64,000 nt of DNA from Felis catus (taxonomy: Eukaryota): assembly GCF_018350175.1 (NCBI RefSeq), contig NC_058368.1, positions 53,012,001-53,076,000 on the forward strand. Reading direction: 5' to 3'. A program made the position numbers and the translations under genes. Shown here one piece after another: positions 59,685 to 64,000 of this stretch (position 1 is the stretch's first letter; each line of letters opens with the position of its first letter). Under the pieces are notes generated by a model. That model was not told the DNA's origin and did no database searches. It was given only the letters and a program-made list of their open reading frames with translations.

Positions 59685-62600
59685 TCATCCATAATTTATT
59701 CATGTAGTGTAAGATCTGCTCCAAAGGATGGAAAAGTTGAAAATAATTAGGTAAGTGTTCATAAAACTGTGTCCAGACTTCCTGGAAAGGTAAAAGCGCT
59801 TCTTTCTTCTTCTCTCCGATTGCTAAAATTACAGATACAGATTCACTTAAAATCTGCTTTCGTCAATTTTATTTTTTCTTTTAACTTCTGATACCTAGGA
59901 CCTTAAATTGTATGTGACAGCACTAATTTGAGGAACAAAGGTATGTCACGGAAGCGGCATTGCTCGTAACCCTCTACAGCTGTAGGTATAAACACACCAA
60001 TTGCTGATCTGATTCAACCCTTAAAAAATGAGCTGATCAAATTGGCCCAATTTGCTTCTAAGTCTACAAATCTGAGATGTGTCTTTCTTTTACCAATCCT
60101 TGGAAAGTACAAAATTAGACTTTGATTTGGAGAAATAAGACCACAAAACGTTCAATTGCCTTGAACATAGTTTGTGCTCAGTAAGTATTTGCTAATAAGT
60201 TATTTGATAGCAGTGGATCTTTTGGCCTGACTAGTCCTGATACTGCTTTAAACCTCTCCTCTGTGTATGTAGCTGTTAAAACATAAAAGCTACCGTGAAT
60301 TAAAGAGCAACACTTCAAAAATGTAGGGTTGGCCTATGGCCAGGAGTCAAGCCATAGGTGAAAAATGCAGAATAAAACCCTTGAAATCCAGCTCTCACAA
60401 GAAGACATGTTTGCTTTTTAGCTGACATAATATACTGCCACCCCAACGACATCCCCCCCCCAATCATGATAGCTAAAATTTTTCATCCTGTTTTCACTAT
60501 AATTTGCCTATATGTGTCTGTTTAAGACCATTTGACTTCATAGTCCATTCAAAATGTGGTTTAAAGACACTCACCTAATCCATTTCTTCTAAACAATGAT
60601 GGTAGAAAAAGAAATATTGAAGAATCTTCTAGGGAAGCTTTGAACACTCCCAAGGAAAGGGCACTTTCAGGGAATGGTTAAGTGCTTTGAAAACCCTAAG
60701 GAGCTTTGTAGCTAGGGATGACCTTATAACCTCTCAACAGCTTTTTGCAAACAAAATCTTTCTAGCTGCATCTAAAAGACTGGTGAGCAACAATTTGAAG
60801 AATGAGGTTTTCTTTTGTGTCCGATTACAGAGCTCAGCAGTTCTAACCTTTTTGTTCTATTATATTTCTGATCTAAATAAGGAATTATTTATTACCAGAA
60901 AATGGTGGTATTCAGATCATAAGCCTCCTCAGAGCACCGACTTTGATCCTCAACCATATGTAGGGATTTAGGGAGGAGAAGGCTACTTATTTGGAGAGAA
61001 TCCTAAAATCTACTCTGAGAAGCTGCCTCTCCCTGCAGAAAGCATTCAGGGCTCTGGTCATTGAAAATGAACCTATCTTAAAACTTTTTGTTTTCAATTT
61101 GTTATTGCAGTGCACGTTTTCACAGTACCTTGAAGTTTCAATTTCCCATGTATATGAAATTTCTTCTCCATGCGAAGAAGTAAATGCGTTTATTAAAGGT
61201 TTAATTCAAAGTGAGTTTTTGTCAAAATTACCAAGGGATTAGTTCATATTCCTCCACTAATGTTTCCTGATAATAGTCCAGGGAATATTCACAATACAAC
61301 AGAAGACAGACCCCTGGGAATATACATGTTGCACAATGTTTCACTCTTCCCCACGTGGAATTGGGGTGCCGTTGCTAAAACTGACTCCTGAAAATGTTTA
61401 AAAACTTAAATAAGGTAGCTGGGAAAATTATCATTTAAAAGCAATATTTAATACTCCTTGACACTGTTTTGGGAGCAGACTATTCCTTGAGTTCTGGGAG
61501 AATCATCCAAATAGTCTTTTCAATTTTCAACATAAAGCATAGATGCTCTTCTGAAATGGAGATATTTGAGACTAGTGTCTACAAAGAGCTAACCTGCTCT
61601 GGGTGGTAATAGAAAGTTGCCTCTAGTAGAGACAGTGTTGGATCTTTGCAAGTTATATTCCCTTCAGAGAAATGTTTGTTTTCTTAGTATGGATTGAGTT
61701 TCCCTGTGCCTGTTCTCAGAGTCTGGGAGGGACAGAGGTAGGATGGGAGGGGTGGGGAAGGAAGGGAATAGGGACGGGAGGGTGGGAGAGGATAAGTAAT
61801 ATCAGGCAACCTGTACCTGTGGGCCCAAGGCTGAAGAAAAAACTGTTTTCAGAGGAAGGTGTGAGACATGGGGAAATGTGGAAATGTTTTGAGTATCTGT
61901 TTTGGGAAGTGGGGACCCAAAGTCATTATAATTTCTGTATTAATGGAAATGTGACCTCATTTAAATATGCCCCTACTTTATTCTCACAGGTTGATGAAAT
62001 TTAGACATACATATTACATACCAAAAGAATAAAAGATTCCCATGTTACAGATCTTTTTACCAAATTAATATTTGACCTGTTTTAGTAGAGGAGAAAATAT
62101 GGTAGTTTTATATTAATACGCTGTAGGTAACATTTAGTCTGATATTTTAGTTGACTACATTAAGCAGATTTTTAAGTTGCAAAATATCTGTAAAAAATTG
62201 CTTGAGTGAATGTTTTCAATACCTAATGATTTTTCTATAATCTGTGATTTATTTATAAAAAGGATATACTCTTATTGTAGTGACTCAAGCAGTTCGATAA
62301 GTATTTATTGATTCTCTCTGTGTGTCAGGAAACACCCCAGGTAAGTCCTCTTTCAGAAGCCCATACTTTCTTTGGCAGGTAGAAATGTGTACAGATAATG
62401 GCAAGACATAATGAAAACCACTGCAGTTGAGATAATCACATGTGTTCAGAAAGTCCTGAGGAGGGTGATTTCACATGGCCCTGGTGTCCTTGGGAGCTAG
62501 GGTGGGGGTGAGAGGTCAGGGAACACCTTCCAGAGGTAAGACGGTGAAATAGCATTAACAAGGACAAGAAACAGGAATAAGGTATTCTAAGACAGAAAAT

Positions 62601-63002
62601 CATGGTTGATGCAGGAGGTCATACATATGCAAGGTGCATGTGCAGCTGTAAGTACCTGGCTCGATAAGGGCATGCTGTTTGAAGTGGAAGCCAGTAGACG
62701 AGGAGGTAAGAGGGATGAGGAGTGGCCGATATGTTTGAAAGTATGGAAATAAAGATACAATTTCTACATGGCCAAGTAGATGCCATAAAAGTCAAAGCTG
62801 TGTCTAAGATGGTTAATTTGCTTCATATACATATATACAAAATCTCCACAGTAGCTTAAGTCAACAGGTAAGTTGTTCTATGTAGGAACCCTGATAGCAA
62901 TGAAGAGACAACTTCTTTCTAACAAGGAGAGTAAGGAGAAGGATAAAAAGCAGACATAAGAACCTAAACACTCTGCACATTAGGTCACTGAGTAGAGTCT
63001 AC

Positions 63003-63223
63003 TCCATAAACTGACAAACTTTTTTTATAAAGGCCAGATGGTAAATATTTAAGGCTTTGTAGGTTGTATGGTATCTGTTACAACTATTCAACTCTACCAT
63101 TGTAGCATAAGGCAGGCACACATTAGACACAAATGAATGGGCATGACTATGTTCCAAGGGGGCTTTGTTTAAAGAGCAGATGAAGGGCCACATTTGACCC
63201 CAGCTGTATGTTGCCAACTCCTG
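63003..63223. mobile_element. hAT-Charlie MER58A-like MITE
   Basis: CAAACTTTTTT.TAAAGGCCAGATGGTAAATATTTAAGGCTTTG...AACTATTCAACTCTACCATTGTAGC...TTGCCAACTCCTG. Confidence 0.88.
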
Positions 63224-63543
63224 GTCTAATGACCCCCAAAGACAGTGCTGTGTTAAGACACAATACCATAATTAACATTTATAATTATGACCTTAGTTCA
63301 GCAAGAAACGGTTTGATTATGTTCCATGTTCTCCATTTAAGAGGTCAGTAAAATTTGTAAAGTGTATCAGAAAGAGTCTATCCAGAATTACAGAAAATAT
63401 TTGGCACTTAAGGGATAAATACTAAGCAAATGGGAGAAAATAATCTAAAAAAGAATAGCATATTTCCTATACGTTTTCAGAGCTGAAGTTTTAACTTGCA
63501 TGGATTTCTGTGCCAACATGTATATAATATTCACACATGTGGT

Positions 63544-63820
63544 CTAGACCTGCACCGTCCAATACAGTAGCCACAACACACACGTGGCTATTGAGCACTT
63601 GAAATGTAGTTAGTACGACTGAGGAAATGAACATTTAGCCTTATTTATGTTTGAGTTAAATTTAAGTCTAAAAGTAGTTACTCATTTCAGTGATTGGAAA
63701 ACGTTAAAATATATTTGAGACAACTTGGGTAAATTTTTTCAACATACCTTTTAGAAATCTAAATACAGACCAACTATTTTTTCATGAACACTTAGTATCT
63801 GACTTGAGCTGTGAATTGCA
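63544..63820. mobile_element. hAT Charlie1 / MER33-like fragment
   Basis: GTCCAATACAGTAGCCAC...CACGTGGCTATTGAGCACTTGAAATGT terminus and GAAATCTAAATACAGA internal motif. Confidence 0.8.
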
Positions 63821-64000
63821 TTATATTTGTCTTGGACAAAATGACCTGTCTATCTCTATTGACTAGACTATCTTATGAAGGAAGTCAACATTTTTTCCAC
63901 CTGCATTTGAAGAGTCGAGAAAGATTAGACCACAGAGAATTTGTGCCCCAGTGAGTTATTGGGAGAAAGGCAATTAAGTCCATAGTCCTGTTATTCTAGC

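Noticed and set aside
1..64000. CRISPR arrays, operons or other prokaryote-type defence or mobile systems
   Set aside because: The DNA is mammalian. There are no regularly spaced repeat-spacer arrays and no gene-dense long ORFs.

Overview
This is AT-rich mammalian genomic DNA from a feliform carnivore, almost certainly a felid, judged by 21 tRNA-derived CAN-SINEs of SINEC_Fc type. It looks like a gene desert or a very large intron. I recognise no named protein-coding gene, RNA gene or prokaryote-type system. Nearly all listed ORFs are chance frames or translations of SINEs and microsatellites. Much of the sequence is a layered transposon record: CAN-SINEs of several ages, carnivore and older L1 3' ends, HAL1, L2, MIR, a readable CR1/L3 fragment, MLT1A, MER31 and MER34/89-like solo LTRs, and Tigger and hAT DNA transposons. 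The most interesting unexplained signals are: a frame-preserving, coding-like candidate exon on the minus strand (4398-4574); a decayed coding-like block (~17230-17880); a p53-family half-site cluster with a hairpin (22426-22494); a body-less poly(A) insertion with a TSD; a structurally aberrant SINE; a symmetric AAAAG/AAAGG/AAGGG purine tract; a double G-quadruplex motif; and several enhancer-like motif clusters. Repeat subfamily names come from recalled consensus similarity and were not computed. Boundaries of old repeats are approximate.
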